NCBI RefSeq assembly: GCF_000738915.1
Contig: NW_026515636.1
Span: forward strand, 124,001-147,869
Direction: 5' to 3'
DNA from: Nematocida ausubeli
Taxonomy: Eukaryota
Length of the DNA: 23,869 nt
In this document: in pieces, positions 9,091-18,268 of the stretch
Layout of the letters: each line of letters starts with the position of its first letter
How positions within the stretch are numbered: the first letter of the stretch is position 1
Program-made: the position numbers and the translations under genes
Notes under the pieces: model-generated
The model's input: the letters and a program-made list of their open reading frames with translations, nothing else
The model's database searches: none
What the model was told of the DNA's origin: nothing

Positions 9091-9743
9091 ATGAACATTA
9101 GACATGCAGGCAGCGCATAGTCCAAATATAGTTAATAAAAACCAATAACACTAGAGCTATCAGATACCAGTGTCCACAAAGGCACAGTTTCACTTCTCCT
9201 TGTACTTACAGAATTATTCTCTTTCTATTTGTCTCTGCTATAAGTGTGCATGCAGAAGCCTAAAAATGAAAAGCTTTCATTCTCAGCCTTAAAAATATAA
9301 ACCATGCAGGTCTTCAATAAATAAGCACACTTACTTTAATTAGAATATCAATTAAGAAAAACACACAATATATGTACATGAATAAAGCATTTAAAATAAC
9401 ACACGCAGTGCATGCAGAAAATATTAACATTTAAAATCCACACTATAAAGTAATAGACAAAGGGATCAGCTCTACTTGAATATGCCAAAAATTAGAGCAT
9501 TATTGAGGTTGCAGTACCTGCAATAGACGCATAGTTAAAGGCACATAGAATAATTTAGCTGAAAACAAAGCTAAAGCCAGTGTCTTGTTAGCCAGATGCA
9601 ATAAAGCCAAAAACAAGATCAAAACGACAAGTAATACAGCAGAAGACAGAAGAATACAAGGAATAAAATACATAAAGAGCGCACACAAATTTATAATACT
9701 CTAAAATCAAATGACTTTTTCTTAAAAACTTTTTACACTACAC

Positions 9744-11006
9744 ATGAATACAACAGAAAAAGATTCTACAACACTCAAGCCAAAAAGAACATGCAAATAC
9801 AATATAGAAGACAAATTAGATTATTATGCCGCTTTAAAAAGAACATTTACAAAGCACCAATATATATTGAATAATTTGAATAAAAATAATCAACTCAAAG
9901 AACTAGCATCGAATATTTTTATAATTCGAGCCATCCACGAGCTTAGTCAGAATGAAAAAAAGGACATGCTGGATACCGACGAGCTAACAGGCAACAAAAT
10001 GATAAAGGCATTCAATGACACCGTGAATATCATAGATGACCTGTCAATGGTAGAACACGTGCTTGCATCACAGGAGGCCATAGACAAGTACTATGAGTTT
10101 CTTAATACGTACCATCTCTCTGAAATGCTTAGGATTCCTGAAGTATTTGAGTTTCTCCTATACGACATGCGCACTGGCTTAAAGGACCAGCCTGACAGAG
10201 GTAGTATAAAAAACAACAATATATTCAGCTATAAATACCTCTTTGCAAAAGACAAAGAAGCAAGATCTATACTGAGCATAGCAATAGAAGCAATTAGAAA
10301 ATATGGAGGGAATTTAGCAATATCCAATGAACGGGGGGAAGTTGTACCAAATCTTAAGAATATTCCAATTACAGAAAAGGAGATCTTTTGCCTGCAGGAG
10401 TTTCTGAGTAACACGGCTACACAGACATTATTATCCCCTATTCAATACCTTGAAGAGAGCATTCTAATAAAAACAAGGGACAACAGTGGGTACCGCGGCT
10501 TTAAGCCATTTATTGGAGAGTTATTCTCCTTTCTGCGGCCTGATGGGCCTCCTGTCTGCATTGATACTCTGCTCACGCAGATGTGCAACATGGCAGAGAT
10601 ATTAAAGAGGTTTAATGATGATGGAGATAATGCGGTCTTTGAGTGGTACATGCACTCGTACATCCCTAAGATACACAACCACTTAATATGTACTGCAAAC
10701 CAAATGGAAATATGCAGCTACAAAGAGCGCATGGAGAATTGCCTAATTACCATGGCAGAAAAAGTAAAAGAAGGGGGGCTTATTGGAAGAAGCAAAAATG
10801 ACCCGTCTTTTTTGCATATATTCATAGGAAAGCTTGAAGAGAGGGTGGCATTTGCAGCACATATCATATCGCGGTTTGCCAGGTTCATTTACAATATGGA
10901 CCTTCTCCTGCTTATTTTCCTAATTTGCATTATTCTGTGCATATGCTCCGTGGTTCTAATATGCATATATCCAGAGGTCCTGCAAAGATCATACATAGGG
11001 CAGTAG
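9744..11006 (+). CDS. Lineage-specific protein with a single C-terminal transmembrane anchor
   Basis: 420-aa ORF with no N-terminal signal peptide. C-terminal hydrophobic, Cys-rich segment LLLLIFLICIILCICSVVLICIY followed by a short tail. Confidence 0.8.
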   Translation: MNTTEKDSTTLKPKRTCKYNIEDKLDYYAALKRTFTKHQYILNNLNKNNQLKELASNIFIIRAIHELSQNEKKDMLDTDELTGNKMIKAFNDTVNIIDDLSMVEHVLASQEAIDKYYEFLNTYHLSEMLRIPEVFEFLLYDMRTGLKDQPDRGSIKNNNIFSYKYLFAKDKEARSILSIAIEAIRKYGGNLAISNERGEVVPNLKNIPITEKEIFCLQEFLSNTATQTLLSPIQYLEESILIKTRDNSGYRGFKPFIGELFSFLRPDGPPVCIDTLLTQMCNMAEILKRFNDDGDNAVFEWYMHSYIPKIHNHLICTANQMEICSYKERMENCLITMAEKVKEGGLIGRSKNDPSFLHIFIGKLEERVAFAAHIISRFARFIYNMDLLLLIFLICIILCICSVVLICIYPEVLQRSYIGQ

Positions 11007-11843
11007 CCAAAATACAAAATATATTTCTGTGTCTCTTAAAGAACTTTCATGAACTGTCTACTGAAATACGTTAAACACAAAAAGGCATATACATAATTGT
11101 ACAATCTATTACTCACTTATATACAAGACGCCAAATAAATACATATCAGTAACTGTGTCCATTCTATGCATATACTGGTGTCTACCTGTCATGCAATAAT
11201 CTTGCATATTTTAATATTCTCTTTCTGCTTCAGCCCACTATAGGCATACACAGAAGAAATTAAATAATCCCCAAGAAAATAAATAATTTCCCATAAAGAG
11301 ACAAAATCAGAATAAACTAATATATACTATACACCCACATGTACTGCACAAATACGAATGAAAACATAAATAGCTGGATAATTTAGCTTATTCTCTCAGA
11401 TAAACCATACACACTCCGCAAAGACATCTCATCTAAAATAGCACAAACATATATATGTACACACAGTGTGGCTTATATCCATGCAGGTCCTGCATGCGCA
11501 CATAGTTTCACTTGAGCAAGCACATGACTAAAGCCCAAATATAATATTTTTATTTTTTCACCAGAAATTGCAAGTGCAAGCCACTAGACTGAATATAAAT
11601 AGCAGGGGCATTCCCCATAAGATTTCCAAAATGCACAGCATGCATGCAATATGAAATAAATGGTCTCCCATCAAAATACATACTATAAAAAGGCTATACA
11701 ATTTCCTAATATTATCGCATTACTGCAGCACATATTCTTTACCTAGGGCCTTTCTGCGTGCCACATATCAGTAGGGTTTGGAGGCAGAAGGAAAAAGAGT
11801 CTGGTTTATATCCGGATAGAGCGTGATGAATCAATACATATGT

Positions 11844-11916
11844 ACCCGGTTAGCTCAGTCGGTAGAGCATCAGACTCTTAATCTGAGGGCCGCGGGTTCG
11901 AGTCCCGTACTGGGTG
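11844..11916 (+). tRNA. tRNA-Lys (anticodon CTT), intronless
   Basis: Acceptor stem ACCCGGT/ACTGGGT plus discriminator G. D arm GCTC..GAGC (A box TAGCTCAGTCGG). Anticodon stem TCAGA/TCTGA with CTT at 11877-11879. T arm GCGGG-TTCGAGT-CCCGT. Length 73 nt. Confidence 0.97.
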
Positions 11917-11923
11917 TTTTTTT
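11917..11923 (+). terminator. RNA polymerase III oligo-dT terminator of tRNA-Lys
   Basis: Run of 7 T immediately after the discriminator base. Confidence 0.85.
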
Positions 11924-11950
11924 GTAAATATTATTCTTTTTTTATTTTGC

Positions 11951-13669
11951 ATGGCAGAAGTTGCAGAGCACCGGACAGAAGAATACACGCTAGAGTTACT
12001 TTGCGGAAATGAAGAGCCAAAGAAGGTGAATTTTATTGGGGAGCTGTGCACGATTGGTACAGTAAGCACAGCAGACGTGAAACTTACACACTCTGAGGCA
12101 CTGGAGTGTATAATTGATTACAAGAAAAACACTCTGCGCGTTGCCTCTGGGAAGATTAAAATGAACGGAGAAATAATTACGACAGAAGTAAAGATACACT
12201 ACCCGTGCATTATTGAGGCAGCTGAAAGACTCTTTAGAATAACGAAAACCGTGACGGAAATAAAGAAAGAAAAGGAAGTTAAGCGCATGCCAGCATACCC
12301 AATAATACGGCAGGAAATTGTTGAGATGGAGGAAATAGCAGAGCATGACTCTGATGGGTTCTATCGGTCTGATGAAAGTTTTAGCAACGACATGAAAAAC
12401 AAGACATACACAATAGATGGAAGCACAAAGGATGAAATATGGGAGAATCTGTCGCTAAGCGGGCTGAATATGCAAGACCTTCCTGGCGTGCAGGAGAACA
12501 CCCAGCAGATAATGAACCAATTTCGGGATCTGGTAATGGAGCTGGATGGAGAGTCCGAGGACACAGACAAAGAGCTGGAGCCAGAGATGCACTCTGATGA
12601 TATTAAGAGGGAAGAGGAGGAGAGACTCCAGAAAATGAAGGAGGCTGAGTGTATTGAGGAAGAGAGTACTCTAACTGCTGCAAAGGAGGACACAACCCAG
12701 ACTGAGATGCCCTGTGAAGAAACACAGATAGAAATGTGCCAGGAAGATGCTTTAGAGTCAACTGAGCATGTGGTTGAGTCTGTTGTTGAGCTGCAGAATC
12801 TGCAGGCAAAAGAGGATCCAATGCAGGCAGAGGACACAACGTACAATATGTCCAGAATAAGCATATTTGAGGGCATCCCGTATGAGCCAAACACGGCCTC
12901 ACAGGAACCGGCTGCAGAGGAGGAAAATATACAGGCAGGAGCACGCTGCATGGATACAGACAAGAAGGAATTTTCCTCAAACGATTTAGAGAAACCAACT
13001 GCAGAAGTTCCGCAGGAAGTGCAGGCCCAGGAGGAAGTGCCTGCAGTTGAGGAGACACAGATAGAGACACCTGCAGAAATTGCTCAGGATGAAGATATCT
13101 GCACTACTGAGAATGCTCAAGACACTAGCGTAAACGGCTCTGCACCAGAAGACCCTAAGGAGACCTCTGCAAATACAGCAGAAGATCTAGGCATAGAACA
13201 GACAGTGCAAGAGAACATTGTAGATGAGCTAGAGGTAGACCAGGAAGTGGATGATAAATCTGCTGTCTCAGAGATGCCTTGCGCCATTGATGAGCACACC
13301 CTCATTGAACAGTCTGTGCCTGCAGAAGCTGAACAGCCAGAAGAAAAGACAGATGCAGCTACTGAGCGTCCTGCAGACCAGTCCATCTTGAATAGTTGCC
13401 CAGTAAAGGAAGAGCCTATTGCCGTTTGCCAAAATGCACAGGAAGAGACTGAAGAGAACATGGACACATCTGCTGCTGTGGAAAGGCCTGAGACTACTGT
13501 TCTTCCCCCAAGCACTCCGCACAGATCGATCAGAAGGGCATCCATTTCCCACCAGATGATAATCCAGCAGCAGAACAGCCTGGCTGAAAAAGAAGATTCT
13601 TTGCCAGAACCAAAGAAGAAAAGAAAAACATCTGCAAAGAAGCAGAAGAAACAGAGGAAAGGAAAATAA
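11951..13669 (+). CDS. Nuclear protein with an N-terminal degenerate FHA-like domain, a long acidic disordered region and a C-terminal NLS
   Basis: Residues ~10-98 follow the FHA beta-strand pattern (CTIGT...ADVKL...NGEIITTEVKIHYPCIIEAAERLFRI). The middle is E/D/T/A-rich low-complexity sequence with a repeated EETQIE. The C-terminus carries PKKKRKT...KKQKKQRKGK. Confidence 0.75.
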   Translation: MAEVAEHRTEEYTLELLCGNEEPKKVNFIGELCTIGTVSTADVKLTHSEALECIIDYKKNTLRVASGKIKMNGEIITTEVKIHYPCIIEAAERLFRITKTVTEIKKEKEVKRMPAYPIIRQEIVEMEEIAEHDSDGFYRSDESFSNDMKNKTYTIDGSTKDEIWENLSLSGLNMQDLPGVQENTQQIMNQFRDLVMELDGESEDTDKELEPEMHSDDIKREEEERLQKMKEAECIEEESTLTAAKEDTTQTEMPCEETQIEMCQEDALESTEHVVESVVELQNLQAKEDPMQAEDTTYNMSRISIFEGIPYEPNTASQEPAAEEENIQAGARCMDTDKKEFSSNDLEKPTAEVPQEVQAQEEVPAVEETQIETPAEIAQDEDICTTENAQDTSVNGSAPEDPKETSANTAEDLGIEQTVQENIVDELEVDQEVDDKSAVSEMPCAIDEHTLIEQSVPAEAEQPEEKTDAATERPADQSILNSCPVKEEPIAVCQNAQEETEENMDTSAAVERPETTVLPPSTPHRSIRRASISHQMIIQQQNSLAEKEDSLPEPKKKRKTSAKKQKKQRKGK

Positions 13670-13706
13670 AATAATTAAATTAAAAATTAAAATTGTTTTA
13701 ATTACA

Positions 13707-15455
13707 ATGCTGCAGACACTCGCTACAGCACCCTTCGTTTTCCCTCTTCTATTCGGGTTCCGCCTCATAAACTCCGCCTTGATGAAGACCCATTTCGAGC
13801 CTGACGAGTATTTTCAGTCTGTGGAGGTAGCCATGTCGGTTATTCTCAATAAGAAGGTGTATACCTGGGAGTGGTTCTTTGGCGTTAGGTCATTCGTGTA
13901 CGTGTGCCTATTCATGGTGCCTTTGAAGATATTCCACAGCTCCTCCATGTACATTGACAGACTTATCAGGACATACTCCTCAAATGGACACAATGACGGA
14001 CTGGTGTTTATGGCGTACGCACCATATTTGGTGAAGGCAGTGACAGCATGCATCTCTGCAATTGGTGACTACAGCACCATCATGTCATACAAGATTCTGT
14101 ATAACGTGCAGTCTGGTGTGCCAACAGAGATAATAATCACGACTCTTCTGAATATTGGGCTGTGGCTATATTCCACTCGCTCTCATATTAACTCATTTGA
14201 GTCTTCAATTAGCATATACATATTCTACAGGCTGCTTAGCAGTGGTCAGTGCAAAGACAAAAACAAAAAGATTATATCCCATCTTATAAGCGTATTCCTA
14301 TCCGTGTTTATGATATACCTTAGGCCCACCTCCATTCTTACCATATCCTGTGCCTGGATGCACTCTGCATACCAGGAAATACTTTCTTTTGACAAGGCCT
14401 GGAGAAGCAAGGAGAAACAGGTAAAGAATGTGCTCAGATACGCACATGTATACTTGCAGCACAGCCGGATTATTAGTCTGCCAAATATTCTATCTGGAAT
14501 ATGTGCACTTGCAGCGTGCATCCTTGTTGACTCTTTGTTCTATAAGGAGTTTGTCTGCAGCATGGTTGAGTTCTACAGAATCAACATGAAGTACAAAGTG
14601 TCTCACCTGTTTGGAACACTTCCCTTCATGTATGTCTTCTTTTTCTTGTCTGTTTTGCTTGGGGGATACACAGGCATGCTTGTCATTAGCATGCTGAGCC
14701 CAGAGTACAACTGGCGAGCTATACAGATGATATGCCCCATGGTGTATCTGATTGCTCACGGGCTGATTGCCCACAAGGAAATGCGCTTCTTGCTGCCGAT
14801 CCTTCCCTTCCTGAATATAATTATCGCACAGGAGCTTAAGAAGCTGGGAAGTTCACTTTCAGACGGGAAGGCCTCCGGGAAATATCCGCAGAAAAAGAAG
14901 AGTTCTTTCTTTTCAAGCCCTGGGAATGTAAGCATCCTTAAGAGACTTGTCTTTTCAAAGTACGTCTTCATTGGGAACTTCATTATAGGAATACTCATAG
15001 GGCTAGATCACCAGAATATATCCAGACCCATTGACTACCTCAGGAGCGAGTGCTACTTTAGACTGTCAAGGAAAGATGCCCCAATATTTGTGCTAAACAC
15101 GTTTACACCGTACATGCTTCCCCTGACTACTCACCTGGGCCATAAAAGAGTCATCACGCGATCCTTGGATAATAACCCGAATATTCTTCCCATGATAGAG
15201 GCACTGCAAAGAAAAAAGAGATTCCAGAGCCCAGAGTACAAGCTGCGAATAGAAGAGCATGATACAGCAAAGTCCTGCATGGTAGACAATATTATGCTGC
15301 TGGGGCCACACGACTATCACTACATTGTCATAAACAGCGAATACACCAAGGAGTTTGAGGAAAAGCTGCCTGAGTTTGTAAAAGTGCATGAATCTGTCCA
15401 TAAAAGAATTCCATCCTATGAGAGCGTAGCTATATACAAGCAGGCCTTTAGATGA
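13707..15455 (+). CDS. GPI10: GPI mannosyltransferase III (GPI10/PIG-B, glycosyltransferase family 22)
   Basis: N-terminal THFEPDEYFQSVEVA...YTWEW...RS motif, HKEMRFLLP motif and multiple TM segments, all characteristic of the PIG-B branch of GT22. Confidence 0.88.
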   Translation: MLQTLATAPFVFPLLFGFRLINSALMKTHFEPDEYFQSVEVAMSVILNKKVYTWEWFFGVRSFVYVCLFMVPLKIFHSSSMYIDRLIRTYSSNGHNDGLVFMAYAPYLVKAVTACISAIGDYSTIMSYKILYNVQSGVPTEIIITTLLNIGLWLYSTRSHINSFESSISIYIFYRLLSSGQCKDKNKKIISHLISVFLSVFMIYLRPTSILTISCAWMHSAYQEILSFDKAWRSKEKQVKNVLRYAHVYLQHSRIISLPNILSGICALAACILVDSLFYKEFVCSMVEFYRINMKYKVSHLFGTLPFMYVFFFLSVLLGGYTGMLVISMLSPEYNWRAIQMICPMVYLIAHGLIAHKEMRFLLPILPFLNIIIAQELKKLGSSLSDGKASGKYPQKKKSSFFSSPGNVSILKRLVFSKYVFIGNFIIGILIGLDHQNISRPIDYLRSECYFRLSRKDAPIFVLNTFTPYMLPLTTHLGHKRVITRSLDNNPNILPMIEALQRKKRFQSPEYKLRIEEHDTAKSCMVDNIMLLGPHDYHYIVINSEYTKEFEEKLPEFVKVHESVHKRIPSYESVAIYKQAFR

Positions 15456-15879
15456 ATCTTGCCAGCCTGTTTATTCCATGGGCCCTGCTCCAAATAAAAG
15501 AGATCGCAGACAGCATCTAAATAAACTGTACAATTTGCGATAGTCTTTCTTTTTTTCCATTCCAAAGCACTGCGAACTACTAGATTTATTAGAGATACGT
15601 ACACTACATTTTAATTCTTATGCAAATAAATTGGAGATAAAAGTGTTTTTCATACGCTGCAAGAAGTCATTATATTTAATGCATATGTGCTGTATGCAAT
15701 ATGGCATGCACAGAGACAGAAGAAACTGCAGAAAAGAAAAAGTGTCCATAGAAGGATATGTTATCTTTAATTACAAAAATTAAGAAAAGATCTAAATGTT
15801 TATGTCAAAATTAATGACAGACAAGTTTCTTTTAATCTAACACAATCTATTTAAATGCTTTATTCGAAAACTTTTATTC

Positions 15880-17613
15880 ATGGGGCGTACATATACAGTT
15901 AACAATGAAATGAATTGTTATGCACAAGGTAGCTCAGTGCATAAAACCGAAAATCCTGCAGTATATGACTATGAAGCTGCTCAAGTATTTAAAGAGCAGC
16001 CAGAGCATAGTGAACTGAATGATGTCAGAGACAAAAAATACATATCTGGTATAAATTTATTTATAACTGTGGTTAGCTCTATGGTGGGGGCTGGGGTTAT
16101 CTTCTTGTACACTGCGTTTGCTAATGGCGGGTTTCTTTCCTTTCTGTGTGCTACAATTCTTTCTTCTGTGAGTATACTGAGTGTTACTCAATGTGTTTAC
16201 CACAGATACCAATCCTGCATTAGTGATGAAAGAGAAAGAGGCATTGTATTCTCAAAGCAGGTCACGTTTATCTGGATGGTAAACCCAAGCTCTGAAGCCA
16301 TCAAGCATATAATTACATTTCTGTTATTTTTAAAGACTACAGTGCCTTTAGTTGTGTACCAGTCTCTTATTATAAAATGGCTGTACAGCATAATTGAAGT
16401 TGGCATGCGACTGGCAGGTGGGTCATCAGGGGCTGAATTGATGTGCAAGATAGTCGTGTGTGGAGGGATTTTCTTTATGTTCTGGAAATATCTTGTGCAA
16501 AGAGCGCCTGGGGACAGCCGAGTCATGCAAAGAATATCTGTGTGTGCTTGCTTTTCATTGCTAATTCTTCTATCAATAATTGTGATGTTGCGTATAATGG
16601 TAATTTCTCCACCTAAAGACTTAGAGCCCATTACACTACTCGCGTTCATGGTGGGAAGGAAATTCTCTTTGCAGGAATTCATTGGTTCTGTTTCAATTGC
16701 TTCATTCGGGTTCAATCCGCAGCACAATCTTCCTGTTTACTTAGTAAGAACCAAGCTAGACAGCAAAACATCAATGAACATACCTATTATTAGAGGGATA
16801 TTTTTGGTTTATATTGTAACAGGCCTTATTGGAATTTTAGGATGTTTTTTGGCATACACAAACCGGTTCAATCAAGTAGGAAAGAATATCTTCTTCATAA
16901 TGGAGGACATCATGAACTACACAGATCCAGAAGCAAACACAAATATTGGCATTTACATTGAGCTGATTCTTGTGGTGTTTAAGCTAGCAATTAGTCTGAT
17001 CCTTCTATGCGCATTTATATGGCAGTCATATTCCTCTAGGAAGCTGGTTGTTGATACGTATTTGCGGCTGGCATACACTCCAGAGGGAGAAAGCAAGTTT
17101 GATCCATTCTTCTACATCCGCAAGATAGGACAGAATAGGATTATTGCAAAATGCGCTTCTTCATTCGCAAATGCATGCAGGTGGATTAGCTCAAAAATAC
17201 CACTGCGTGTAAAAAAAGGTCTATCCACTCTAATAGGTCTAAACACAGAAAAAAGTAGTGATTTACCAGAGCTTACACGAGAGATATATCTACGGTATAT
17301 CATTGGGTCAGCTATATTTGCAGGCACTGCAGCTATTGTCCTGTTGGATGCTCAGCTGACATACATTATTCAGCTGTTTACATCATTAGTTACTTCATGC
17401 ATTTCCTTTCTCATTCCCACTATTCTTGTGATAGCCAACAAGCACATCACTAATAAACACGGAAAGTCTTGGTATGACTATGCTTCAATTATCATCATGG
17501 GTTTGGGTTTTACACTTCTAACTGGAAGCGGATTTGCTCAACTATACTATACATTAGTTCCAAGCACACAAGACCTGCCCATTCCACCACAAAATGTAAC
17601 AGGCTCAGTGTAA
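15880..17613 (+). CDS. Amino-acid transporter, AAAP/Aa_trans (AVT-like) family
   Basis: Hydrophilic N-terminus, then a TM1 motif VVSSMVGAGVIFLYTAFANGG, a later ASFGFNPQHNLP motif (FAFxCHxN-like position) and ~11 hydrophobic segments. Confidence 0.8.
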   Translation: MGRTYTVNNEMNCYAQGSSVHKTENPAVYDYEAAQVFKEQPEHSELNDVRDKKYISGINLFITVVSSMVGAGVIFLYTAFANGGFLSFLCATILSSVSILSVTQCVYHRYQSCISDERERGIVFSKQVTFIWMVNPSSEAIKHIITFLLFLKTTVPLVVYQSLIIKWLYSIIEVGMRLAGGSSGAELMCKIVVCGGIFFMFWKYLVQRAPGDSRVMQRISVCACFSLLILLSIIVMLRIMVISPPKDLEPITLLAFMVGRKFSLQEFIGSVSIASFGFNPQHNLPVYLVRTKLDSKTSMNIPIIRGIFLVYIVTGLIGILGCFLAYTNRFNQVGKNIFFIMEDIMNYTDPEANTNIGIYIELILVVFKLAISLILLCAFIWQSYSSRKLVVDTYLRLAYTPEGESKFDPFFYIRKIGQNRIIAKCASSFANACRWISSKIPLRVKKGLSTLIGLNTEKSSDLPELTREIYLRYIIGSAIFAGTAAIVLLDAQLTYIIQLFTSLVTSCISFLIPTILVIANKHITNKHGKSWYDYASIIIMGLGFTLLTGSGFAQLYYTLVPSTQDLPIPPQNVTGSV

Positions 17614-18268
17614 TGCATTAATTAAGAAATAATCCTAGTGCGACTATTTCTTTTTGAGCTATAAAGTGTAGTATCTAGTAGAGCAGAACTACCGCATTTT
17701 CATTGGTTGTCTGAAATCATTTGCTATTTACACTGTTCTCCTGTGAAATAGTAATTTTCAAGCTGAAAAACAGTGCAAGCAACTTCAAGTGACTGACTAG
17801 GCTTGTTTTTGGATTTTATATTTATAAGTTGCAAGAGTCATTACAAAATAAAATACACATTACTAAATTAGTCTTTATTGTGCTGGCATGCTGCATGCAT
17901 GGATTCCTATTTTTTGCATGCAGTGCATATATCTGGCTGTCTTCTGCTAAATTGAAATATATTTGAAAATTGTTCATAAAACTAGCCCTTCGAGAAAGCT
18001 TTCATGCGCTTATTTATCCCTGCCAATGACTGTGACTGTTTGTATTGACAAAAAAGAGCTGCTTTATTTGGACACGGATATAACAGGTATGTGTTAACCA
18101 GAATAGTATTAATTTTGTGTATTGTGCGTGTGCTATTCTGGGTCACTTGATATTTCTTCTTGTTTTGACTTTATTTTAATACGCACAGAAGAATGTGCTT
18201 GTGCAGTAGAAAGTGATACAAATATATATCGGTTGGGAAGAAGCAGAGACAGCATGATTTGTATCTGT

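Noticed and set aside
9500..9688. 62-aa hydrophobic minus-strand ORF resembling a membrane peptide
   Set aside because: Non-ATG start; the hydrophobicity follows from the T-richness of that strand.
11818..11830. GAGCGTGATGA resembling U3 box B or a C/D snoRNA C box
   Set aside because: No U3 box A/A' and no suitably placed D box outside the tRNA (the nearest CTGA is within the anticodon stem).
11878..12069. 63-aa minus-strand ORF ending PVRDSNPRPSD
   Set aside because: Typical translation of an antisense tRNA sequence.
12361..13768. Long antisense ORFs (200, 155, 142 and 166 aa)
   Set aside because: Shadows of the Glu-rich low-complexity CDS on the + strand.
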